Shown piece by piece: positions 39,601-51,600 of a stretch of DNA of 64,000 nucleotides (the stretch's first letter is position 1; each line of letters opens with the position of its first letter). The stretch spans positions 69,130,001 through 69,194,000 of the forward strand of contig NC_092345.1 of NCBI RefSeq assembly GCF_963676685.1, given 5' to 3'. Below the pieces are notes generated by a model, which saw only the letters and a program-made list of their open reading frames with translations, made no database searches and had not been told where the DNA came from. The translations under genes and the position numbers were made by a program. The stretch comes from Mytilus edulis. Lineage: Eukaryota.

Positions 39601-42600
39601 AACTACAAAAAATTGGCTGTTTCATTACTTTAAGGTTACATTATTTTTACCTTATTATACTCTCCATGCTATTATCAATGTCCTTCATGCATCTTTCTGT
39701 CCTTTTGTCTATCCTTCCTACCGTCTGTCTTTCCATCCTTTTGTCTGTTCTTCCTTCCATCCATGCTTCCAACCTTCTCTCTGTCCTTTCATCCATACCA
39801 TTTCTGTTTTAGAACTCTAACATAAGGACACACTTAAAAATATTTTGGTTTGCCCAAACCCTACCCAACATTAAGATAGTGGGTAGGCAGGCAGGCATTT
39901 TCTTTTCTTTTTTGGCAAAGAGAAATTTAAGTATCAGATGTTCATTAGACTTCATGCCTTTTTGAATAAAACAAAATATTTTCACATCAGGACAATAAAA
40001 GATTTTGAGTAGGCAGCTATTTTCTGGGTAGGTAGGTTTAGGGCAAACAAACCTTTTCTTTTTTATGGCCTAAGTTTGCCTCATGCACATTTCACGACTC
40101 ATACATAACCATAACTTGCTGACAGAGTTAGAATTTGGGCAATGAGTTGCTTAACATTCTTTAGATTTGTCACTTTATAACTTGGAAAATTGGTAATGTT
40201 TTAATTTCCACACTCTTACTTAAGTGTGTTTCTCATCCAAGTTTTATCAAAATCATACACATAGCTAAGAACCAAGAACCCAATATTTGCAAACAGAGTT
40301 CAAATTTGGACAGTCAGCCACTTTCAGTTCTAGAGTTATGCCCTTTATAGCTTGGAAAATTGCAATTTTTTCCGTTTCCACATCCAAATTTGGTGCACTC
40401 ATACACAATGCTAAGAACCATTAGTGAGTCATTTGCTTTTCTAAAGTTATGCCCCTTTTTAACATGGTAAATTTGAGCGTTTTTTGTTTGTTAAAGTCTT
40501 CTTTATACATTGTTATACTGTTTCTTGTGAAAGGTTCTATCTACTGTGAAATAGTTATTTGTTTGTACACCAAAATGAAAATAACGTTACGTCATTGGTT
40601 GAATTTCTATTGTTTATCCTGTTTTAAACCAACCACAACGTTTTGGTGTATGCTTTTGAAAATATTACCCTGAATGCAATAGATTCTGAACCGGCGAATT
40701 AGAACTCATATTCCATGCAATATATGATACAAACATTATTATGCAGATTTGCCTGAAATAGTAATATTTAAAATCACTTTTTTGTCAATTCTCCAAATTT
40801 ACAGTGTTTTGATTCTTTGTAATTTGTCCTTTCTTTAAACTGTATTCACAGAAATTAAGAAACAAATTATAGATTTTTACAGAAATCATATATTCTACCA
40901 AAATTCCCCTTTTGATTATGATATCTATTCTAGCTCTCAAAATTTTATTTTAGAGAGAATGATTTAGGGTAAGGTGGTTAGATATGTTTTTGTCATGATT
41001 TAATGAAACTATATTATATATATTAGGTGGGAAAAAACACATTGCAATTTAATCAGTGTGTGATTAAGTAAAGATTTTAAAATTTGTTAAACAGATTAGA
41101 ACCAGTTAAAATGTACCAACAATTAGAGAAATTAGTTTCTACCACACCAAATTGTTGACTGCAATATTTACCCATTCAAAAGATTAGTTCAAATTTGAAA
41201 AATTAACTTTGAAAATAGATAAATATGTTTCAAAGAGGTTTGCTAGAATGTTTTTGATGTTGACTAAAAGAAAAATGCTAAGTGCCATGCTCAACTAGAT
41301 ATGGCTTGAAATGAATCAAGACATAAAACACCTGAAACAAGTCTGCTATTAAAGGAGTACAATTTGTGCCCATAAGACAACCTAGAACATACCCTTGACT
41401 TTATTAAAAAAGGACAGATGTTTTCCAGGAGAAAATTAAAAGCCTAATTCAGTAAGAAAATTTTAACTCAACCTTATGCTGATATGAAAAAAAACTAACT
41501 AATCTTTGTATTTTTATACTTTAAAGATGAAAATGATTTTCTAACATTGTAGATGAAATCATTTGCAGCAACAAAGAATGTGTGAACTATTCTGCTGCCA
41601 TATTTTTGATTGATTCTCTCACTCTTGCTTTAGAAATCAAAGTTTATTTTGATAACATGATCTGATAGAAGAAACATAAATGTTAAATATTTATCTTGTT
41701 CTATCATATGTTTGATAATAGTATACAGATGAAAAATATCAGTTGTTTGTCTGTTTCCCAATGGGTGTTGAAAGATTGTAGTATAATTAGGATAATCACT
41801 TCTATAAAATACCCTTATCATTAGATTTATGTATTTTTTGTTATATTGGTGAAATTTAAAGCCTCTAAATCCCATTAGAAGTACATGTGCATTTAAATCT
41901 TACCATATCTCACTATGTAAACTTTAATTATACCTCAGTAACAAAACAGCAATAATATATTATCCTTCAATACCCCTAGATTCCATATCGAGGATATTGG
42001 TCAAGGCTATGTAGTGTTGTGTATCAAAATCCATGCTTGTGTCCTTGTAAAACTCATAATTGGCAACCGGTAGTATAACTATAAAGTGTTCCCTGTAATG
42101 GAAGAAAAACTGCCCAGTTTAGCTCACTTGGCCTCAGAGATGCAAAGTTATTTATCGATATCAGTTGCAGCTTATTATGATCTACACCTCTCAATAATAA
42201 AGAACCTAAAATGCTTTACTGTCAGTTTACTATCAGTAAGGTACTGATTAACTTAAACATAACATTTTCTTACCTCTTTCATTTTGTTTGCTATTGAATA
42301 TTATGTTGAAAGAAAGTTTGGAGTAGTAAGGCAACCTTTATACATGTATAATCATAATGCTGAAGATGACATACATGCCAAGAACTGCATGTTTGAATAA
42401 GGAAAACCAGAAAAGCTAGACCTCCTAAAGAACTTTTAATCAAACTGTAAACAAATATGATAGGATGAATCAGGCTGAGATACTGATGCAGTTTGTGTTT
42501 TTTGCCTTTTATCAAGTCTAATTATCAAATAGTATGCATCTAATTCAGAATATTTTTCAACACCACTTAACTAGGGTGCTGAGACTGCAATTCCAATATA

Positions 42601-45600
42601 CACATGTATGTATAGGTCCATTCTGTGTAGAACTGGATTTATACATGTAAAATATACTTTATTTAAAAGTAATCACAGAAACTGCTGAATGAACTGTCAT
42701 AATCATGTTTCAAAATTATTTAAATCTTTGGATTCTTTATTGCTAGAAGATCCTTGGTAAGTTCTGTATGCATGTCTTGTGTATGTGCTTGTGTGCTGTG
42801 GTTCATTCATTGATAAGGTATAAAATTATGCAAAACATAACATGTAGTTAGGATAAAAGATTACTTAGATCTAAGGTTTGAAAAAAAATGAAATATATAA
42901 GTAAATGTGCATAGAATTTAAACAGGATTATTCTATTTTCAGCTCAATAATGTTCAAGCAGAGTTACAGAAAATTTACAGTTCAGGAGAGGTGTGTAACA
43001 TCCCTGGCCATGGTTGCTTACAGATGGAACCAGGGCTTACAGCTCTCATGGCAAAAAGTCGTAATTATGATGAATTAGTGGCAGGATGGAAAGGATGGAG
43101 GAATGCTACTGGAAAACAGATGAAAGACCTCTACGCTGAATTTGTAGAACTAAGAAATGAAGGCGCAAAAATATCTGGACGTGAGTATATACTGTATAAA
43201 CCAACTTGACCTCGACCTCATTTCATGGATCAGTGAACTAGGTTAAGTTTTGGTGCTCAATCCCATATCTCAGATACTATAAGCATTAGGTCTAGTATAT
43301 TTGGTGTATGGAAGGACTGTAAGGTGTACATGTCCAACTGGCAGGTGTCATCTGACCTTGACCTTAGTTTAGTTTAAACATATTTAATTATAGTGGATTG
43401 GGAAACAAGTTTTGCAACTTATATTAATCCCTTTCCACTTTGCGGGTGCGAGTGCTGCCTTGTAGCGGCATTAGCCTGCTCTTTTTCGAAATCTACAAGG
43501 GTGTCTTTAACGTGCAAGAGATATGGCTCTCACTTAACACGGGTCAGCCATTTATCGTCCCCTTCTGATGGACTATCATCGTTTCCTAAAGACCATACTC
43601 GCAAATGGTGTCAAGGTAGCGCCGAAAATTCAGTCCCTGAAATTTTCATCCCAGACGGGAATCGAACCAGGAACCTTTATGTTAGTAGTCCGATGCACTA
43701 ACCACTACACCACGGCGGCTGACCTCATTTTTATGGTTCAGTGGTTATAGTCATACTTTATGCAATAGTTCTACTATATTTTTTGTATGGAATGATTGTA
43801 AGGTGTACGTGTCTAGCAGGCAGATGTCATCTGACCTTGACCTCATTTTCATGGTACAGTGGTCAAAGTTAAGTTTGCGAGTTTTGGTCTTTTTATCTAA
43901 TACTATATGCCATAGGTCAACTATATTTGGTGTATGGAAATATTTTATGATCAATATGTCAGTCGCGCAAGTTTTATTTGACCTTGACCTCATTTTCACG
44001 GTTCATTGCTCAGTGTTAAGTTTTTGTGTTTTGGTGGATTTTTCTTAAACTATAAGGTGAACTATATTTGTTGTATTGAAACATTGTTAGTTGTGCATGT
44101 CTGCCTGGCATGGTTTATCTGACCTTGACCTCATATTCATGGTTCATTGGTCTTTGTTTAAGTTATCTTGGTTAATGTTAAGCTTATGTGCCAGTTGTAA
44201 TAAAGCTTTATATTTAGGACTATCAACACAATATCAATGATAAGTAAAGAAGGCAAGATATTTCAGCATGTGCACTCTTGTTTAAAGTTTGTCTAATGCA
44301 ATGTATGAATCAGAGAGAGAAAAATCATTGGTTTTCTGTTGCCTATTTTAATTTGTTTATTAGTTTGGTTACATATTTAACTGATAAAAATGCTAGCTAG
44401 GTGTTATGCACCTGTCACATACGTAGAGATCACAAAGGTTTAACACTGTCTGTTTGTTTGTTTTCCTTTATCCATTTTTTTTTGTCTCAACCAAATATTA
44501 TGAAACTTATCCACAATGCTTATTACCATTGAACTCAGATCAAGTTTGAATTTGGTTTGCTTTACTTTCACCATTCTCTAGTTATGTCCCTTTATTATGG
44601 AAAAAGTGCTTAATTTGCTGTTTCTGCACTCTTTCTTTGCTTAATATCCTCAATAGAATGTTATGAAACTTACACACAATACTTTGATTTAGAACTTGAC
44701 ATATTATATAGATAAATTATTTATCAACAGGATACAACGACACTGCAGACAGCTGGATATCATCATATGAGTCAGACACTTTTGAAACAGACCTGGTAGA
44801 ACTGTTGGTCCAGTTACAGCCATTGTATAATGAACTACACACATATGTTAGGTCCAAGTTACAAGAGGTCTATAGAGATCATAAGTTCCCAGCAACAGGA
44901 CACATTCCTGCACATTTATTAGGTAAGAAGCTTGATTTTAATAGTAGGGATTAAAGGAGATTTTAGGTATAAATAGAGGAGACAGCAACCCAACAAAACG
45001 AAAACACAATACAACATCTTAAAGTTAGCATGCAGTTTTCACAGTAAAAAGTGTTAAAACAAAATCACTAATAGTCTAAAGGAATATTTGATTATTTTGA
45101 TGTCCCTTCTGTCAATAGAGGGGACATTAAGTGTTACCCTGTCCGTCCATACATTCAAGATTTTGTTTCCGATCAAGTTCTAATTTGGGGTGTTTCTGAC
45201 GCTTCTACTGTCCTTGAGTTATGCCCTTTTATGTATGGAAAAATACCGCATTTTTGGTTTCCATTCTCTAACTTTAGTTTAACTCAACCAAGTGTAAGAA
45301 AAATTATGCATAATGCTTATGCCTTCACAATATGGACGGTATGCCTCTTTATAACATGGGGGCATCATCTATGTCCATAGACACATTCTCCATTTATTTA
45401 GTCTTGAAAATTTTAAATTTGGCATATAGAAAGGCAATACATGTACAATGCAGAATCTGGTTTCTATGAGTTAAACTCTAGATAAAATATTTAGAAAGCT
45501 TTGAAAATTGAAAAATTTGGTTGGTATATTGGGGTTTTAAATTGGTGGTCTGACACCTCAAAGTCATTTTTAATGAAAACAGGATAATCAAAGAGAATTC

Positions 45601-48600
45601 CTGATAAACGAACAGAGTTTTACACATATTCATTTGATAGAAAGAGAAACATCAAAATTTGAAACATAAATTTTCCATTTCAGGGAACATGTGGTCCCAA
45701 ACATGGGACAATATACTTGATATTGTGCAGCCATTTAAAAATAAAACATCAGTGGATGTAACATCTACTTTAAAGGAACAGGTAGGTAAACAATTAAATT
45801 AAGGTTGGGTCATAAAGGGGGTATATGTCAGTCAAATAAAATAACCAGAAAAATAATGATTCTGAAAGAAGAAAGAAAGTATAATTTCTTCAGTGCCTCT
45901 GAGGCAAACTGGTTGAAATATTTCATTTACTGTATATGGATACATAGACTTTGTTTTAAAAGGAAATCCTTTATTTTATCAAAATTTTCTGAAATGTACT
46001 GCCATTGAAATATTGCGTTCCTATACTCTTAAATTGTTGACATCTTGCAATTATGGAGTTACATTAACTATGACATCTTTGTATTATAATTCCTCAACTG
46101 CACTGTGGGACAAGGGTGAAAGAATAAACTGTGATAAAAGAACAATTAAACAAACATAGAAAAAATATAGGATTGATTGGTATCTGAAAGAAATTCAATT
46201 CAAATCAATTTACAACTTTTATGGCAAAGTTTATTAAACAAAAAAAGGAACACATGGACAATGTAACAAAATACACTTAGTTGTCATGCTCCATGATTCT
46301 GTGTTAATTGTTTATCAATGTCACTAACTTTGGCACAAAAAATCAGAAAGTTAATTAGCAGGCAAAGTTGTGAATCAACCATCAAAGAAGTTAATTTCCT
46401 TTGTAAATGGAAATCTACTCAAGTATTTTAATCCTTAGTACCTCACATCGAATGGAACAATACTGGGGATTTTTTTATTCACTGGAATTTTGTGGATTCA
46501 GGGAAGATTAGATTTTTTGTGGATATTTGGCTAAGTGCTTTTGCAAAGTGTTGCATACAAGCCAATAGGAAGTTGTACCTTGTTTAACATTTAAATACCA
46601 TATATATCTAGCAAATGCAAGAAAATGGTAACCCAAGAGTAATAATGAATGCACAATATTTAAAAAAAAATTGAATATAATTACAGAATTATACAGTACA
46701 CAGGATGTTTAAAACTGCAGAAGACTTCTTTGTGTCTCTGGGATTAAAGTCGATGCCAGAAACATTTTGGAACAACTCAATGTTTGAAAGGCCATCAGAT
46801 AGAAAAGTTGTTTGTCATGCTTCAGCCTGGGATTTCAGCAATGGAAAGGACTTCAGGTAAGTTCATTAAGGTCATCATAACTTGTCATGCAACTGTTAAA
46901 CTCAATGTCTGTCAGAGTTCTTTTAAAAGTCATGTGAAGTTAACAAGTTGGAGAATATAATTTACCATCCTAGATCTCTTGAGAATCATGAAGGGTTCAT
47001 ATATGCCAAATTGTTGCTATTTTAAGAAATTTTCCTTTGATCTTGCTGACTGATATTTTCCTTTCTCAGCGTAGTCTCATGTGATATGAATAATTATTGC
47101 TAGAAACTAAGGAGGCACTTGGTGTTGTCAATGAAATTGATAACGTCATCATAGGTAAAATAGTGATAAACAGATTTACATTGGTCATCTCAACTCAATT
47201 GCTTTTCTCACTGGCTGTACCAGCTCAAGCGAGAAAATCAATCTCCTTGAATTATTCAACAATAATCTATATTTATGGGGAGTTTATGTTTGAAAAATGT
47301 GCTGTTATCTTCTTTGTTGTAAAAAAATGATACAAAAATTATCAGCTGATAACTGACAAACAGGTAATGGAAAAACCAAATTTTGGAAAAGCAAAAATAA
47401 ATAAAAAACAATGTTTTAGATCTATTATAGTCATGATAGTTAATTTATGAGGATTCAGTAATTGTTTGTAAGATGCTAAAGAATGACATAAACAGTCTTT
47501 TTATTTGATTGTTTATCTACCCAAATGCAGATGGACTTTCTGGGTCCTCTTGAATTGAATACTTTTCTTGACTAATTATTATATAGGGACTTCTATTGGT
47601 AATTGATAATAACCAAAGTCAGCATTTAATTGATGAGTTTTCTTCAGAGTTAAGATGTGCCCTGATATAACTATGAAAGAGCTTGTGGTTATTCACCATG
47701 AATTGGGACATATTGTTTATTACATGCAGTACAGCCATCAACCCATTGGGTACAGAGGTGGTGCCAATCCTGGTAGGAAACACATGCACACATAGTCAAT
47801 GAATAATAATTTCTTATCAAGCATCACCTGAAAGTATCATAAATAATATACCCAGAGCAAAGAAGAATTTTACGAGATTTTTTTTTTTATTTCAAATGAA
47901 AATTTTATAAAATGACTTTGTTAACATGGTTGATGTTATTGGTCCTTTGTAGGATTGTTCATATCTTTTTTTTTACTGGTATATCTTATTTATTTAAGAT
48001 CAAGAGATTCAAAGTTCAGCTAGCTGAGTTTAAAAGTGAATTTAAAGAAAAATGGATAATTTTTCGTTAAAATCATATCATTTTAAAAGTGTTCTTTCAT
48101 TTATGGACTTTCAGTTGGTAGAACATAGATCATTGTATAAATGCACTTCATTTAAAAAATAGTTTTGTATACAGTATATTTTATTATTTCTAACACTTGC
48201 AACAAGTAATTATATAAGTTATAGTTTCTTAGTTGTGCATGTGTTTCTGTATTGGCACTGCATGTCATAAGTTTGCATGAAGCTGTGATATATATCATGT
48301 CATTAAAAATATACTTGCAACTACGGTGGCTTAAATAGTTTAATTTATTCATTAAAATGTTTACAGCCAATTGCATTGAGTGTGAAGGTTAAAGTCACAT
48401 CTTTGGTTAGCTTGCCTGCTAGCCGAACCATGAAGTCATTATTAGGTAAGGTATACTACCCTCCTTCGAAGTAGCCTAGTCCTATAGACAGATAGATTGG
48501 TTAACTGTCGCCTGTTGGACTAGTTTACTCTTAACGGAGGGTAGTTTTCCTAACCTAATAATGACTTCACAGTTCAGCTAGCAGGCAAGTTAACCAAAGA

Positions 48601-51600
48601 TATTACCTTTACCTACTCACTCAATGCAATCGGCTGTGATATGAAAATAAGGAGATGTAATCAACTATAGGTCACCATATACCACTTCACCAATTAGCAA
48701 TATCCATACAATATAGAAAGCTATAAAAGGTACAGACATGACAAGATATAAAAAATAAAATGACTGCATCATTTATGCTAAAGCAATAGAGCGAAAACAA
48801 AATGACAGACAGAAACTGATGACAACCACTGGAATCAGGTTCCTGTCTTGAGGTAGAATTACATAATAAATATAGAGGGGTTTATCGTGTTTATCAGCAT
48901 AAGGGTGTGTCATCATGTTTTGATAAGGTTTGTACATGAATAGACAAACTTCCATAGTTTGCTTTTGAATTCATCAAAAGAAGATGTTGATGAAAAAGGA
49001 AAATTGCAATCTGAGAGAATTTTGATTGAGTTTGATTATTTCTTTCAAAATTGGCTAATATGATTAAATAGAGTGGGTTCAGAAAACTTAAATGTCCTGA
49101 TATGCAATATGCTTCATAGATGGTTCTTTCTCCTACGAAAGCGGTGTTTGTGGTAGTGAATCAGTCTTTTTATAAATGATTCTTCTCAAAAATAACAAAA
49201 TTCCTTTTCAGGATCAAGATGTGTACATCAGTCAACATGGCGGACTTGATCACTATCCATCACGAAATGGGACATATACAGTACTACCTACAATATAAAG
49301 ATAAACCATTACTATTCAAAGGGGGTGCTAATCCTGGTAGGTACTTAGTTACCATGGTAAAATTCTGTTCTGAGGCTTTAAAACAAAGGTGGCATATTTA
49401 GATGGGTTGCAAGCAAAGACTAGTGGATCTAATGATATTTAGGGCCTTGTTCCCATGGAAACACAGACAGTTGTATTTTTTATTGGATGATTCTTCTTCT
49501 TACTTTTTTCTGTTAGTAAAAGACCATTGTTAAAAAGGAGATTAGAGTACTTAAAGAAAATTTGAATATTATTCATGTTGAATATATTGAACTGAAATGT
49601 GGATGTGCAGTAAAGGCATGTTTTTGTGCTTTTAAAATGATAAATATTTTGCATGCACCTGTTCTTGTATTGTAAAGTGTTTGTAACTTAATATCTTGTT
49701 TTTATGATACTTGACACTAATTTCTTATTTTGATTTTTTTATGATAGAAATAAACAATAACGAACATAAGAATATAAACATTTAGACAGGAAAAATTTGT
49801 TTATTTAGTTATTCCAAGTTGGTTTTTCATTATTAATGCAATGAAAGGCAAGTTATTTGTATGTCCCTTGGGGGCGAAGAGGGCATTTCGTTTTACCTTT
49901 GTCGTTAGTTTGTACAACTGTATGTCCCAAAATTAATTTTTATTCTCTCACTTAAGTTTGCCTCAACCAAATGTTATGAAACTTATATACACTGTTTATT
50001 ACCACCAAACACAAATCAAGTTTGAATTTAGGTGGCATTACTTTCACCATTCTTGAGTTAAGTCCCTTTATAAAAGGAAAGTTGTCAAATTTGCAGTATT
50101 CTTAATCTAACGTAATTTTGCCTAAACTTAATGTTATAAAACTTATACACACAATGCTTATTACTACCAAACAATGTCGGATCAAGTTCGAATTATGGTC
50201 GGGTCACTTTAGCTTTTCTTGAGTTATGTCCCTTTGTTTATTAAAGATTGCAGAGTTTGCTGTATGTTACAAGCGAGGACATCAGTGTTCCATGTACCAG
50301 TCGTTGACCAATCATATGTCTTTAAATATACAATTCTCTGTTTTAAGGTTTCCATGAGGCTGTAGGAGATGTGATGGCCTTGTCTGTGGCCACACCTAAA
50401 CATCTTAACAAGATTGGTTTATTGAATAAAGTGGAGAATGATAAGGGTAAATACACAAGATCATTTTATTGTAGAACTATTTGATATCTATCAATGTCCA
50501 TGGATATCACTAATTAACCATGAAAAACTTTATTATTGTGTTAACTATAGACGGGTTTATCTACAACTGACCTAGAAAACATGGGCGCATCCATTAACCT
50601 CTCACGTGACCGGTCAGCCATTACAACCGTGAAAAATAAAGCACGTGCATTGATCAAAACATTATCGATTTTCTGTTTACATTTGTATTTCTTTCATTTA
50701 TTAATTTATTTTACTATGGATAGCGCCGAAAGTTATAAAAAAGGTGGAGGCAATTCTTGTGCAGTTAATAGTTGTACAAATAATCGTAGAAAACTCCAGA
50801 TGTGGAAAAAATCAATGTGTGAATTACACAACGAGTTGCACAATGACTGTCCTTGTTTGATCCCATACAAGTTTCATTTGATGCCTTCTGACGAATTAAC
50901 AAAACTCGAGTGGATAAAAGCTATTAACAGAAAAACTTTGCCAAAACATGTTTATGTATGTTCCGAACATTTTCTTGATGGTGCGCCGTCAAAAAGAAAT
51001 CCTTGTCCAAAATTAAAACTTGGTTATGACAGTAAAGTTACACCCGGCAGACGCAAGTTAGCACGTTGTGAAACGGCTGTGAAAAAACTAAAATTAAGTT
51101 ATGAGAATGATTCTGGTGACGATAATGTGTCTGACTCTACTGGTTTTGAAGCTCTGGACATTTCTGTAAATAATGACAATGAAACGTATCCCGAGGCTAC
51201 ATGTAGTTTTAATGTAGCTTATCCTGAAACTGTAACTAAATCTACCCAGTATGATGAGACGGACTTTCTTATTTATGACGACCATCCCTATGCTGAAAAA
51301 TGGTCAGACATGCAGACAACATCAACTCAGACAAAACTTTTATTGACAGAGGAGAAAGGTGTTCAGAGTAAAATAGAAGGGGGGACCATGTCAGCAAATA
51401 CGAACATTGTGACTGACAGTGACGCCTTATTATATACTGGTGTAACCAAGGAAGTTTTTTTTACTTTAGTGGAATTACTACGTGCAGACAATCAATTCAA
51501 TTTTCAACTAGATATTGCAGATCAGCTTTTACTTGTACTGATGAGGTTAAAACTTCATTTGATATTTGATGATTTAGGACGTCGCTTTGGTATTTCAAAA

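Noticed and set aside
43650-43719. tRNA-like sequence on the minus strand
   Set aside because: It continues into a SINE body and tail with a TSD, so it is a SINE head and not a tRNA gene.
47648-47772. exon 7a as a dead pseudo-exon, or as part of a second ACE gene
   Set aside because: Splice sites, length, frame and catalytic residues are all intact despite high divergence, and no other ACE exon is duplicated nearby.
50581-50715. N-terminal 45 aa extension of the transposase ORF
   Set aside because: It overlaps the subterminal box and an AT-rich leader. ATG 50716, just before the THAP domain, is the more plausible start.
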